Virus record (IMG/VR): IMGVR_UViG_3300021142_000012
Location: 44,266-108,265 of that record
Length of the DNA: 64,000 nucleotides
Reading direction: 5' to 3' (one strand)
DNA from: a virus
Below the pieces are notes generated by a model. The model saw only the letters and a list, made by a program, of their open reading frames with translations, was not told the origin of the DNA and searched no databases. The number at the start of each line of letters is the position of its first letter. Positions within the stretch are counted from its first letter, which is position 1. This document shows positions 18,868 to 30,100 of the stretch, piece by piece. Position numbers and translations under genes: made by a program.

Positions 18868-20520
18868 TTATAAGTTTTGTGTGAATGCCCAAGAGCCGGC
18901 AGTAAGGGTAAACAATTTTTTATAAACAACACTACTTTGTGTGGTCCATAGACGGCAAATTACCCCGTTTTGATGTTCTGCCGGGGGGAACATTACAGTG
19001 ATTACATTAGTAGCTATCTGCGCATCTGTTTGCCCTGTAGTATCGATATTTCCTAATGCCAAGGGTTGGCTGCTTGCTGTAGTATCTACGTAACTCTTGT
19101 TGGCTGCGTCGGTATTCTGTGTCGGGGTAGCTACACTAGTAATTTTAGAACTACTTACATCAACTGTTCCTGTACCTTTAGGAGTTAGAGTAAGTGTTCC
19201 GTTAACAATACTTGGATTTGTAAAACTGATTGTGCTGCCAACAATACCAACGTTTGCTGCCTGAAGGGTGGTTAACGCACCAATACTAGTTAATCCCGGG
19301 GCACTTGTAACTGTTGGGCCTAGTTGATTATAAGATAATACAGTAAATCCATTGATATTATAGGTTTTTGTATTAGCAACGTTAATAGTTTCTGAACTAT
19401 TCCAGCTGGTAGTACTATTGCTCCATGTAATTGATTTATCAGTAGTACCGTGTAGTACAATTCCACCACCATCTGCTGTAGTATCTGTAGGAGTAGCAAC
19501 ACTGCCTAATTCAATATATTTGTCACTTACTTTTATAACTGTGGTATTAATTGCTGTCGTGGACCCTTTAACAGTTAAGCTACCTCGAATAACAGTATCA
19601 CCATTAACATCTAACGCTGCTGTAGGCAACACAGTGTTGATACCGACATATTGGCTAGCAGCGTTAATGAAGAAGTTAGTCTGGACTCCGCCTGTTGTTA
19701 AAGTTTGAATTTGATAATTCTGCCCAACACTATTACTTGCTAGGGTGCATAAACCAGAACTTACAACAAACTCGTTATTTTGATTAGGACCAAAAATTAA
19801 TGGAATGCTATTAGCAATGGTTACTGTTCCTACAGTACTGGTATTGCCCAACGAGCTCATAAATGATTCTGCTGGTTTTAAAGTACCGTCAGCTGCTAAT
19901 AAGTTTTGAGCTTTTTGAGTCAGAACATTAAATGTAATTCCATTATAGCTACCGGCTGTAAAACCAACACCTATACTTCCGCTAAAACCAGCAATAGCTA
20001 CCTGTGGAGTAAATGCAGTTGAACTAAAGATTCCCATTAACACTCGAGACACATACAACAATGTAATTGTATGTGTAACATTCGATGTATCTAAAATATC
20101 AATAGTTTGAAATCCTGATACTCCTTGTTGATCAGTATACTGTGGACCTGCTAGATAAGTTGCAGAACCATCATTAAAATATAATTGTTTTCTAAGGCTA
20201 TCAATCCAAATATCGCCCTGTACTAGCGTGGGAATTGAAGAACTTACAATAGTACCGCCTGAGACTTTAAATCCGTTGCTGTCATATACTTTTAATCGAC
20301 CTTGACTAGTATCGTACCATAATTGACCTTGAACAGGATTGCTAGGTTGGCTAGTATTTGCAAAATTTTGTAATATTTTTATAAAATTTTCATTAAGATA
20401 CTGACCATATGCTGTGGCATTTTTACCTATCAGTGTTATATCTGTAGAAATTTGATCAATAGTGCCATCAACTACACTAGTTAAAACACTGCCGTCGACT
20501 CTAGTAATTGTATAACTCAT
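18868..20520 (-). CDS. Tail fibre/baseplate-associated structural protein
   Basis: Same N-terminal module; fibre motifs DKYIELG, ADGGGI, DAANKSYVD. Confidence 0.75.
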   Translation of the reverse strand: MSYTITRVDGSVLTSVVDGTIDQISTDITLIGKNATAYGQYLNENFIKILQNFANTSQPSNPVQGQLWYDTSQGRLKVYDSNGFKVSGGTIVSSSIPTLVQGDIWIDSLRKQLYFNDGSATYLAGPQYTDQQGVSGFQTIDILDTSNVTHTITLLYVSRVLMGIFSSTAFTPQVAIAGFSGSIGVGFTAGSYNGITFNVLTQKAQNLLAADGTLKPAESFMSSLGNTSTVGTVTIANSIPLIFGPNQNNEFVVSSGLCTLASNSVGQNYQIQTLTTGGVQTNFFINAASQYVGINTVLPTAALDVNGDTVIRGSLTVKGSTTAINTTVIKVSDKYIELGSVATPTDTTADGGGIVLHGTTDKSITWSNSTTSWNSSETINVANTKTYNINGFTVLSYNQLGPTVTSAPGLTSIGALTTLQAANVGIVGSTISFTNPSIVNGTLTLTPKGTGTVDVSSSKITSVATPTQNTDAANKSYVDTTASSQPLALGNIDTTGQTDAQIATNVITVMFPPAEHQNGVICRLWTTQSSVVYKKLFTLTAGSWAFTQNL

Positions 20521-22664
20521 AGTATTAACCCGGTAAAGATGATATAATTAATTGTTTGATATGGATTCATAAGGCTTACTGGTTGCCCTGTTGCTGAAGT
20601 TACACCACCACTGCTCGGATAACCAGATCCAGTACTGCTAGCAGGAAGTCCTAGTCCAGGAATCGCGTTTGAATCTGGAACGCCGTTAGGTAATCCAGCA
20701 GCATAATATTGTGCATTACCACTATTTAAAGTATGTCTATGATCTGGCAAATTTGTAACATCAAGTGTTTTAGATTGTGAACCAGAGGTAGATCCAATAA
20801 CTTGAGCAGTAACATCTGTTACGTGATTTGCCGGAGTTGTAATTGTTGTAATATTTTTTGTAGGATCAGCAATACTTGGAACAGTATTTCCTCCATCCAT
20901 ATTATCGGCACCTAACGGAAAACGTCCACGCAAGTCTGGCAACGCAAAAGTTTTAACACCTTGTAGACCTGTAAGTTTGTAGGTATATCCGATCACTTGG
21001 AATAATTGATAATACTTTGATATTAATACCTCGCTTCCGTCACAGAACAAATAACCATTAGGTGGGTTGGCGCCTGCATAAGGCATTATTGCGCCAACCG
21101 GTACTGTTGCTACATTTCCTAAAAAAGAGGCTTTGCTTGTAGCTTTTAATCCAACCCCTGACGGATCTAATGAGCTGCTTCTATAAATTAAAAATAAATC
21201 TGAATCGTAGCTGAGTGTAGTTGCTGTTTGATTTGTGATAACTGTGGAACTTAAACTAGTTTGAAAGGTTAGTGTGCCAGTTGGACTTTGTCCATTAAAA
21301 TTAATAACTGGCGATGTTACATCTCCTGCTAGACTATATGCAGTTGCACTTGCTAATGCACTTGCTGTACCTGTAATATTTCCTGATAGTGTACCACTAA
21401 AGCTGCCGGTGAATTGTCCATTAAAATAATCAGAATACACATTTCGAAAAGGTCTAGTTGGTGTACCAATATCGTATAAATGAGCAGCAGCATCGCTACC
21501 TGGTTGTATAACTGCACCTGCTTGTGGATTACCGTTTTGACCGTTTGATAGATTATTAAGGCTGACAGTTCCATAAGCAGTTATGGTTCCACCAAAGTTA
21601 CTGTTTAAATTTACACTAAGTCCACCAGTTGTAACCAATGCACCAGTGCCTACATGAGTAGAATCTAAATTACTTTGATTATAAATTTCACCGCTGGCTT
21701 TAATATTACCTGCAACATCTAATGCTTCTTGTGGATTAGTATTGTTTTTACCAATACCGATATATTCACTAGAATCTAAATGTAGGACTGTGGTTAATCC
21801 ATCGAGTGTATTGTTAACCTGAAAATTAATACTTGCGCCCGCAGTATTATTATATAATAATGTTTGTGTACTATCACTAGTTATATTAAAATTAAGACTG
21901 CTACCAAGACTTAGTCCGCCTGCGCTATTAATTTGTAAAGGAAAATTTGTTTTACTGGTTTGATCGCTTCTTAAGAAATTTAAAGCTGATACACTAGAAC
22001 CATTATAATTTAAATTATCAGCAACATAAGCTCTTCCATATAGTGTATTAGCACTCTGTGCTGGGTCATTAGAACTATTTGCAATATTAATTCCAGGATA
22101 AATTGTTACAAATCCAGGAATAGCACTCTTCGGTGTAAATTTTTCTGATGCAACGATAGATATTCTATTGTTGTTTGCATAGTATGTAATAACACTGTGA
22201 TTAACTGGAGGATTACCTGCATCAAGAATATTTTCTACGATTGGACCGGTTTGTGTACCAGCAGCAAATTGTGGCCCAACTAATAACCAATTCGATCCAG
22301 AATAGATATATAATTGTTTGTTAGTGGTGTCAATCCAAAGATCGCCAACCATGCCGGTAGGAGCTGAAGTTGCTTTTTTAACAGCTCCGGCGGCATTCCA
22401 TTGTGTACCGTCCCATACTTTTAATAGGTTAACACCTGTACTATTATCATACCAAAGTTGTCCTTGTATTGGACTATTAGGTGCTGTTGGTGCAGCAAAA
22501 TTTTCTAATAAGTGTAAAAAGTTTTGAGCAAGTACCGGCGCATACCCGTTATAATTTTTTCCAGGAAATGTTACACTAGTTTGACTATTAAGAGTTTGAT
22601 CAGCTACTGTGATCGTTGGTTTAGCAGGATTATTTGTTTCCGTGAAGTTAACTTGATAACTCAT
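20517..22664 (-). CDS. Tail fibre protein with phage tail collar domain
   Basis: PVGAIMPYAG...GYLFCDG...FALPDLRGRFPLG...NPYQTINYII; same N-terminal module. Confidence 0.8.
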   Translation of the reverse strand: MSYQVNFTETNNPAKPTITVADQTLNSQTSVTFPGKNYNGYAPVLAQNFLHLLENFAAPTAPNSPIQGQLWYDNSTGVNLLKVWDGTQWNAAGAVKKATSAPTGMVGDLWIDTTNKQLYIYSGSNWLLVGPQFAAGTQTGPIVENILDAGNPPVNHSVITYYANNNRISIVASEKFTPKSAIPGFVTIYPGINIANSSNDPAQSANTLYGRAYVADNLNYNGSSVSALNFLRSDQTSKTNFPLQINSAGGLSLGSSLNFNITSDSTQTLLYNNTAGASINFQVNNTLDGLTTVLHLDSSEYIGIGKNNTNPQEALDVAGNIKASGEIYNQSNLDSTHVGTGALVTTGGLSVNLNSNFGGTITAYGTVSLNNLSNGQNGNPQAGAVIQPGSDAAAHLYDIGTPTRPFRNVYSDYFNGQFTGSFSGTLSGNITGTASALASATAYSLAGDVTSPVINFNGQSPTGTLTFQTSLSSTVITNQTATTLSYDSDLFLIYRSSSLDPSGVGLKATSKASFLGNVATVPVGAIMPYAGANPPNGYLFCDGSEVLISKYYQLFQVIGYTYKLTGLQGVKTFALPDLRGRFPLGADNMDGGNTVPSIADPTKNITTITTPANHVTDVTAQVIGSTSGSQSKTLDVTNLPDHRHTLNSGNAQYYAAGLPNGVPDSNAIPGLGLPASSTGSGYPSSGGVTSATGQPVSLMNPYQTINYIIFTGLIL

Positions 22665-22665
22665 C

Positions 22666-23280
22666 TTATACTCCTGCTAGGCCGGTAAGGCTTTGGATAC
22701 GTACGGTATAATCTATCTGTATAAGTCTGTTTAAACTTTTTTGTACAGGATGGAATATTACATGAGTCAATAAGGTAGCAACCTTAGTTGTATTATTGTA
22801 GGCTACTAGTCCTAGTTCGTCAAACACTGCTGGACTATTGTTATTATTTGAATTATCAAAGGCACTTTGTCCTGTAATATTTTCGCCGTAGTCTAATAGA
22901 CAAGTAACTAGTATATCAGAATAGTTAGTACCAGTTACGTGACGCACTTCCATAAAATTTCTCGTTGGATCTGTATTTAGAGTCGAATTTCCGTCAACTA
23001 CTTTACTGTAAGTTTGGTTGTAAAGTCCGGCATTAGATCCAGAGCTATTAGGAGTTAGATAGGTAATAATTCCGGTAGGATCAACTGCCGTGCCGCCTGT
23101 ACCGAATGCCATTTGGCTGATTAATCCTTGCCCTTGATTAGAAAGACTTTGAGCCAAAGCATAACTCATGTTCTCGTAATGGATAGCATTACGCTTGTTC
23201 ACATAGATTTCGTTAGAAACTGGATCAAATATCTTAATATGACCTTCGATATGTACACCTGTTTGTTCTTTACTCTGCAT
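22666..23280 (-). CDS. Baseplate/tail structural protein
   Basis: GHIKI...NAIH...MAFGTGG...FDELGL...FHPVQKS; context. Confidence 0.6.
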   Translation of the reverse strand: MQSKEQTGVHIEGHIKIFDPVSNEIYVNKRNAIHYENMSYALAQSLSNQGQGLISQMAFGTGGTAVDPTGIITYLTPNSSGSNAGLYNQTYSKVVDGNSTLNTDPTRNFMEVRHVTGTNYSDILVTCLLDYGENITGQSAFDNSNNNNSPAVFDELGLVAYNNTTKVATLLTHVIFHPVQKSLNRLIQIDYTVRIQSLTGLAGV

Positions 23281-23300
23281 ATTTGTCTCTCTTTATCTTG

Positions 23301-23307
23301 TATTTAT
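23301..23307 (-). promoter_or_regulatory. T4-type late promoter
   Basis: Minus strand ATAAATA. Confidence 0.6.
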
Positions 23308-23334
23308 CCGTGTTAATTATGTGCTAGTTTAATC

Positions 23335-24558
23335 TTATCTTGCGCCTGTTGTTTTTCTAGGATAGGTCGGGCCGGTGGTCCTAAATCCGTAATTTTGTTT
23401 TGGAAAAACACTACCAGTGCGTATTATTTGATAAATTAAATTTCCAGTAGGTGGCCCTAACCCTGTTACAGGATCCCAGCCACTGGTACCTTTGTAACCA
23501 CTAGTAATTTTAGTATTATTAGTACCTACAGTAATATCATAAAAAGCAGCAGTATGAGCATACGCAATAGCATTCCAATCTGGGCTAGATCTACGCACTC
23601 CGGTTAATTGTAAATTACGGGCTAATATTCCTGCTAGAGTCGGACAAGCAAGACTGGTTCCGCCGTAGCCGCCGATGCTACCATTGATATACAAAGCATA
23701 AGCATTCATTGGGCTAGCTATATCTGGGACACCTCGCATCATTAATGCCGTAGGACTACCTGTTACTCCATTAGTAATAGGTGTATAAAATAAACCAGAT
23801 TGCCAACTAGGTAAATTAAAGGTCGCACTTACTCCGCCACCGCCACCCCAGGTACTACCAAATCCCGAATCTCTATTATCATCTGTTTCACTCGATCTAT
23901 TATTTGCCACAGTAAGTGTGAGTTTTGTTCCACCTACTCCGATAGCATATGGACTTGATGCTGGATATACTACCCCTTCGGTAGTTGCTCCCGAACTTAC
24001 CACGCTGCCGTAGTCTCCGGAGGATGCTAAAAATGCAATTTTTGCATCAGCCAGTTGTTGAAAATGAATTTCATCACCGGTATACTCTGAGCTACCCCAA
24101 CTCATACTGCAAATGTGAACACCGTCTGATATAGCTTGAGCAACCATACTACTAATTTGATTACCAATATATATAGAAATTTCTGCTTGTGGAACAATAC
24201 AAGCTAGACAAAAAATATCTACAGTATTTTCTCCACTACCGTTATCTGGACTTAGACTAAATGTACCGGTTTGGCCATCTAACAAAACTTGTCTGATTGT
24301 AGGTGCTGTTAGTGACGAACTAATTAATCCGGCAGCTTGCAGATCTGCAAACGATTTGTTTAAATCCGACTGAAGAAATCCGCCGCCAAAACTAAAAATA
24401 GCAATTTTTATTCCGTAGCCTGTACTAGCAGGGATATTGTATGCTGTTGCTATTTGTGGACTAGAAAGATATCCAGCAGTTGGTAAAGAAGTTGGTACTA
24501 ATCCTGTTTGAGGATCTTGTACATCAATGGGAAATAAATGGACAGGTTGGAAAGTCAT
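23335..24558 (-). CDS. Sedolisin/kumamolisin family (S53) serine-carboxyl peptidase
   Basis: ENTVD (Glu/Asp), SMSWG, SSGDYG (oxyanion Asp), YPASSPY, VGGT, RGVPD, GGTSLACP (Ser), GWDPVTGLG. Confidence 0.9.
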   Translation of the reverse strand: MTFQPVHLFPIDVQDPQTGLVPTSLPTAGYLSSPQIATAYNIPASTGYGIKIAIFSFGGGFLQSDLNKSFADLQAAGLISSSLTAPTIRQVLLDGQTGTFSLSPDNGSGENTVDIFCLACIVPQAEISIYIGNQISSMVAQAISDGVHICSMSWGSSEYTGDEIHFQQLADAKIAFLASSGDYGSVVSSGATTEGVVYPASSPYAIGVGGTKLTLTVANNRSSETDDNRDSGFGSTWGGGGGVSATFNLPSWQSGLFYTPITNGVTGSPTALMMRGVPDIASPMNAYALYINGSIGGYGGTSLACPTLAGILARNLQLTGVRRSSPDWNAIAYAHTAAFYDITVGTNNTKITSGYKGTSGWDPVTGLGPPTGNLIYQIIRTGSVFPKQNYGFRTTGPTYPRKTTGAR

Positions 24559-24559
24559 A

Positions 24560-27166
24560 TTATTCTAATTTTAGATATGTTACAGTTGTTGTAATAGCCT
24601 GTGCTGATCCACTATTATTGTAAATTTTTAAATACATGTTTGTGCTTACAGTACCATCTGCATTATATCCAAACACTGCCGGAGTAAAATATGTAGTAGT
24701 TGCAGTTGTTGTAATTGCCTCGGCAATCACACCGGTTCCCGGACTAGGATCTGTTGTAATTGTTCTAGTGCTATCATTAGTCTGTGCAGTTGAGCTTGAA
24801 TAGACAGTTACCCATGCACCGGCTGATACTTGAATACTATACAGTACATAACCTTTGGCAGCGGCCACTGACACCGATGTTGATGCATTTACACCTAATG
24901 TACTAGTTGTATAAGATACTGTTGTTCTAGATGCTGTCGGGCTTGAACTAATGATGCCATTACTAATAGTAATTGTTGTACCGTCAACCTTGACACCGCC
25001 TAATGAACTAGTAGTTGCTGTTGGTAGAGTGTATGCACTTGCACTACTGATAACACCATTGCTGATAGTAATTGTTGTACCATCAACTTTAACACCACCA
25101 AGTGTTCCTGTACTGATTGTTCCTACGGTTGCTGTTGGTAGGTTGTATGCACTTGCACTACTGATAACACCATTGCTGATAGTAATTGTTGTACCATCAA
25201 CTTTAACACCACCAAGATTATTTGTAGTTGCCGTTGGCAATGTATAGGCCGGAGCACTAATTATACCGCTGCCGTTGATTACAATAGTGCTGCCATCGAC
25301 TTTAACACCACCTAGTGTGCTAGAACTTGCTGTCGGTAATGAATAACTCTGCGGTGGAGCTGCCCAATAAGGAACAGTACCGTTAGATGTTAAAACTTGT
25401 CCGGTGCTACCAACTCCAAGTTTTGATAATGTATTTGCAGCATTAGAATATAAAATGTCGCCTTGGGTATATGTAGTCTGTCCAGTACCGCCATATACTA
25501 CTCCTATTGTAGAAGCCTGCCATATGCCTGCGGTAATAGTGCCAACTGACGTTAAACTACTGTTAACAACATTGCTAGCTAAAGTTGTTCCGGTTAGCAC
25601 ATTAGCTGCGGCTTGAGCAACTGCGGCTACAGCAGAAATAATTCCGCTGCCATTAATGACGATACTAGTACCATCGACCTTAATGCCGCCAAGTACAGAC
25701 GAACTCGCTATTGGTAAACTATATGGCACTGCTGATATTATTCCAGCACTAGCTGTAATAGTTGTACCATCAACTTCAACAATACCTAATCTAGAATTAC
25801 TACCTACTGGAACACCACTAATTTTATTATAGGATAAGCTAGCTACCCAAGCAGGATCATAATAAGTTCCCGTTGTATATACTCCGTTAGTTACTGTGCC
25901 GGCATTGCCTGTAACACTGCCTGCAATTGGAGCGGTTACTGTCAATGAAGCTAGTGTGCCCACACTGGTAAGACTTGAATTTAAAATATTACTTGCTAGT
26001 GTTGTACCAGTTAGTTGATCAGCGGCTGCTATAGCAGTTGAAGAAATAGTACCATCTAGTGCAATAGTAATCGAAGTGCCATCTGGCTTGACTGCACCTA
26101 CCGCTGAGTTTGTAGCAATAGCTAAATTACCACTGGCTACTATTCCAGTTAATTTGCCGGCAGCTAGTGTACTAATCCATGTTGGATTGCTATAAGCTAC
26201 AGTAGTGTAAACTCCGTTAGTTACCGTACCAGCATTGCCTGTAATACTTCCTCTAATTGCGTTTGTAACTGTTAGATCAGTTAGTGTTCCAATACTAGTT
26301 AAACTACTATTGACCACATTACTTGCTAGTGTTGTCCCTGTTAAGGCGCTGGCTGCTCCATTTACAGATGTTTGTATTGTTGTTGTACCTCCAAGTGCTA
26401 CCGGAGTACCATTAATAGTAATTGTAGAGTTAGCAAGATAATTATTTGCTATAGGTGTACCATTCCATGTACCAGCAATAATTGTGCCTACACTGGTTAA
26501 ACTTGAATTTACTATTGTTGAATTTAGCACGGTTCCAGTAAGATTGGCTGAGGTGACTCCAGAAGGAATATTGGCCGAACCGCCTAATGCTATTTGTGTG
26601 CCGTTAATGGTTATATTTGGATTAGCTAGATACTGATTAGCAATTGGTGTTGCTGTCCAGGTGCCTGAGGTAATTGTGCCTACTCCTGTTAAACTTGAAC
26701 TAATAACATTACTTGCTAGTGTTGTACCAGTTATCGACGATGCTGCGGTTGTTCCCGTAGGAATAACAACTGATCCGCCAAGTGGAATAAGATTACCATT
26801 AATATTAATTCCGCCAGCAGCATTAATTGTCAATGTTTTTGTTACCGAATTAGTTACCAATGTAACGTTTGATCCAGCAGCAACATTTAATGTATCAGAC
26901 AAGGATGTTGCAGACAATCTTGCTTGTCCGGTAATTGCCAAATTTGAAAATCCCGGAGTTGCAGGCAATGTATTAACAATACTTGCATATCCTGTCGGGG
27001 ATAGGCTAACAGCTATACCTGATCCACCAACAACACCCTTAAAGGATGCTTGTGTCAATGCTGTATATAATTCAGTAAAGTTAGCATTAACTTTAGTAAA
27101 AGCCACACGCAACGTATCGCCGGTTCCGCTGTTAGCTGTTCCTATGTTTAATATTTGTTGTGACAT
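24560..27166 (-). CDS. Long tail fibre-like protein with two repeat families
   Basis: N-terminal NIGTANSGTGDTLRVAFTKVNANFTELY (T4 gp9/gp10-like attachment motif); repeats LTGTTLASNVVNSSLTSVGT and YxLPTATxxxLGGVKVDGTTITI. Confidence 0.8.
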   Translation of the reverse strand: MSQQILNIGTANSGTGDTLRVAFTKVNANFTELYTALTQASFKGVVGGSGIAVSLSPTGYASIVNTLPATPGFSNLAITGQARLSATSLSDTLNVAAGSNVTLVTNSVTKTLTINAAGGININGNLIPLGGSVVIPTGTTAASSITGTTLASNVISSSLTGVGTITSGTWTATPIANQYLANPNITINGTQIALGGSANIPSGVTSANLTGTVLNSTIVNSSLTSVGTIIAGTWNGTPIANNYLANSTITINGTPVALGGTTTIQTSVNGAASALTGTTLASNVVNSSLTSIGTLTDLTVTNAIRGSITGNAGTVTNGVYTTVAYSNPTWISTLAAGKLTGIVASGNLAIATNSAVGAVKPDGTSITIALDGTISSTAIAAADQLTGTTLASNILNSSLTSVGTLASLTVTAPIAGSVTGNAGTVTNGVYTTGTYYDPAWVASLSYNKISGVPVGSNSRLGIVEVDGTTITASAGIISAVPYSLPIASSSVLGGIKVDGTSIVINGSGIISAVAAVAQAAANVLTGTTLASNVVNSSLTSVGTITAGIWQASTIGVVYGGTGQTTYTQGDILYSNAANTLSKLGVGSTGQVLTSNGTVPYWAAPPQSYSLPTASSSTLGGVKVDGSTIVINGSGIISAPAYTLPTATTNNLGGVKVDGTTITISNGVISSASAYNLPTATVGTISTGTLGGVKVDGTTITISNGVISSASAYTLPTATTSSLGGVKVDGTTITISNGIISSSPTASRTTVSYTTSTLGVNASTSVSVAAAKGYVLYSIQVSAGAWVTVYSSSTAQTNDSTRTITTDPSPGTGVIAEAITTTATTTYFTPAVFGYNADGTVSTNMYLKIYNNSGSAQAITTTVTYLKLE
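25030..25216. repeat. Perfect 73-bp direct repeat (25030-25102 and 25144-25216)
   Basis: Identical tgtatgcacttgcactactgataacacc...aacaccaccaag copies 114 bp apart, in frame. Confidence 0.9.
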
Positions 27167-27169
27167 TTT

Positions 27170-30100
27170 TTATCCTTGGTCAATCGTTATATTAGTGTTA
27201 TCGTCTGTAATTGCTGCACTATCAATACTTACAATTTGATGTTGATTATATCCAGTGTACCAAGCTCCCGGTACCGCTTTGATAAATGTAGCATAAGGGC
27301 CATTATCCTCTTGTATATTTACAGTAGAATCCCATATTTGGCCAGTTCTCTTAACTATAGTTACACGAGTTCCAGCAGTTATTGGTGTTGTTAATCTCAA
27401 TGAATTAGTTGTACCGTCTACTGCAAATTCAGCATCAAACTGTACATCACCTTCGGGACTTGTCGGAGCCTTGTTAACATTATAAACAGTATATGGATTT
27501 TTCTTTAGTCGAATATTTCCAATAAAATATGACCACTTTGCAGCATCATTGTTAAAATTAGTGCTGCTAGTGTTGGCAACGATACATTTATATTGATAGG
27601 ATGCAAAATTAACAATATCACCTACATTATATGCAACACCCGGGGCCCAATCTACTGAATTATATCCGCCTACAAATACATCAAGCTCGTTACTTGCGCC
27701 ATATCCCACCGGAACTGAACTAGTAAATCCGCTAGCATAGGTCCATAGAGTAGATGCCTTCTTAGGAGTAAATGATAATGGAACTATACTAGTACCGTCA
27801 CTTATAATCTGGCTTGTTGTAATTGTATCCTGATATGGTATTGTTTCGCTAGCACCAATTTCCTGTACAGTGGCGCCTGCTCGATGGACCATAGCAACAC
27901 CTGTTCCTAGTGTACCACGGCGAAGCTGTCCAAGTACGTTACCGGTAACTGTAAAGAATTCAATACGTTCACCGCGGATTTCTATAATACCTGGTTTGTT
28001 GTTTGCTGGGCTCGGTAAATCAAATGTGCTGGCATCAACAACTGTGATCGTTAGATCGGTAGGATATAAATCTACAGCAAGGTTAGTTTGTTTATTAGCA
28101 TTAAGGCGTTTGAATACAACTCTATTCAACATGTCTTTGAATTGCATATAAGCTACGCCAGATGTTAATACGTTATTACCAAATGTTAGGACAACTAGCT
28201 TATCATTAGGTGCAGGGAATTTAGCCATCTGCAGGGTCTGTTTATCAGATAACACAATGTAATCAATATTAGGACTTAATAAATTACCGTTTTGTTCTAA
28301 CCATACATAGTCGCTGTCAACCACTGGACGATCAAGTAGTATGGTACCATTTGCAATGGCTTTATAATTATAGAACTGTATAGTATCCGGAGTATAACTA
28401 AGTGCTGGATTGTTGTTTACTGTGGTAGTTTGCATATCAAGAATATCATGATTATAACTACTCATTACTTCAATGATATGTCCAGCATCATAATTCTGTG
28501 CAAACGTAATTTGGCCAGTGGTTGAATTGTAAGTGTATCCTGCTCCAGTAGAAATACTAATGCTCAGTGTACTACCAGCATAAAGATTATAAATTACTTT
28601 AGTAATTTTAATTGTAACACCACTGAGATCAATACTATAATCAACACCCGGTTTCAATAAAATATTATTAATTGTTATAATAAAATCTGTAGCATTAGCA
28701 GTGAATGGCGGAAATTTAGTATTATCAATTGTGTAATTTAATTTGTTATTAGCTAGTTTAAAATAACTCAAGCTCGGTGGAGTTAATATTTTGTTATCTA
28801 CACGAACTATCATACTTTTTTCTACAGGAACTGTATTGCCAATAGGATATTGTAATGTATAAGTTGCACTACCGTTGGGTATAATTTTTTCTTTCTTAGT
28901 AACTGCAAATGTTTGTTGACTACCGCTAACAATGACATAGCTGATTAATGCACCAAATGCAGGCGGACTAGCAAATCTTAGTCCGATCAGATTTGCAAGA
29001 ACATATGTTTTATCAGTTTCAAATAATTGATATGCCACATTTGATTGTGCTGTACCGTCAATATATACCAAACTAGTATTTGGTATTACATAGTTAGACT
29101 TAGTAATAAATTCTGTAGTAACGCCATCGCCAACAAAATGATCAATATCTAATATATTAGCACCGCTAAATCCAATATTAAAAATACTAATCATTGCTCC
29201 GGCAGCAGGCGGATTATTAAATAGAATTTCATTATTTCTATAATCAACAGTATAGTCATCAATCACTGTCATAATCTGTGATACACCCTGCGTGACAGTT
29301 TTGACTATTACTGCGTTTTTACTATTAGGAGTCTGCGCCATACTAAACTGTGTAGTAATTCCATCGGCGATATGATTATCAACTTTGATTGTAGCCGCAC
29401 CGTTTAGTGGTTTTTCAAATACCTTAATTGCCACTGCATCGACTACTTGTCCAGGAACAACCTCTTCGGGGGCCGGGCTAGTAGTTGGTGTTACAAATTG
29501 ATCACCATCAACTAGAATATCATCGGCTGCCAGACCTGTAGCTGAACTGTAGGCAAGATCGCCGCCGGTTAATGCTGTATCGTAATCTGCTTGCTGTGGA
29601 GCAAATGATCCATCGCTAGTGCTTTGACGTATAAAGAATTTATCATTAGAGTTAACAGTAAATGTATTTGGTATTACTACTGTATTAGATATCCCATCAG
29701 CTGTTATAGTCTGCATTATAGCTGTAGAATTGGTTTGTCCAGAGGTTCCAAAATTTGCATCATCTAGTCTTATTGGCTGTAGATAACTGCTTATAGATAG
29801 TACTGAACCTGTAGCTATTGGTGTGTTTAATGTTATTAGTCCTTTACCAAATGGATTCAACTGTGTAAGAACTGTAAGTGGTCTAGTAAATGCTACAGTA
29901 GATCCGCCAGCAATATCTGTATACAAGATTTGACTAATCTGTACATCTGTTGAATTTAATATTGCTGTTACCTGTGTATTAAGTGCAATATTATTTGCTA
30001 CATATGGCGAAATTGTAACCGAATCGTTTACAAATATACCAACAGTACTAGCTAAGGAAATTACATTACTACCTGCATGATTACTTAGATATGTGCTACC

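Noticed and set aside
24940-26760. CRISPR array or diversity-generating retroelement template/variable repeats
   Set aside because: Repeats are in-frame protein repeats without unique spacers or adenine-specific mismatches; no reverse transcriptase or cas gene in the window
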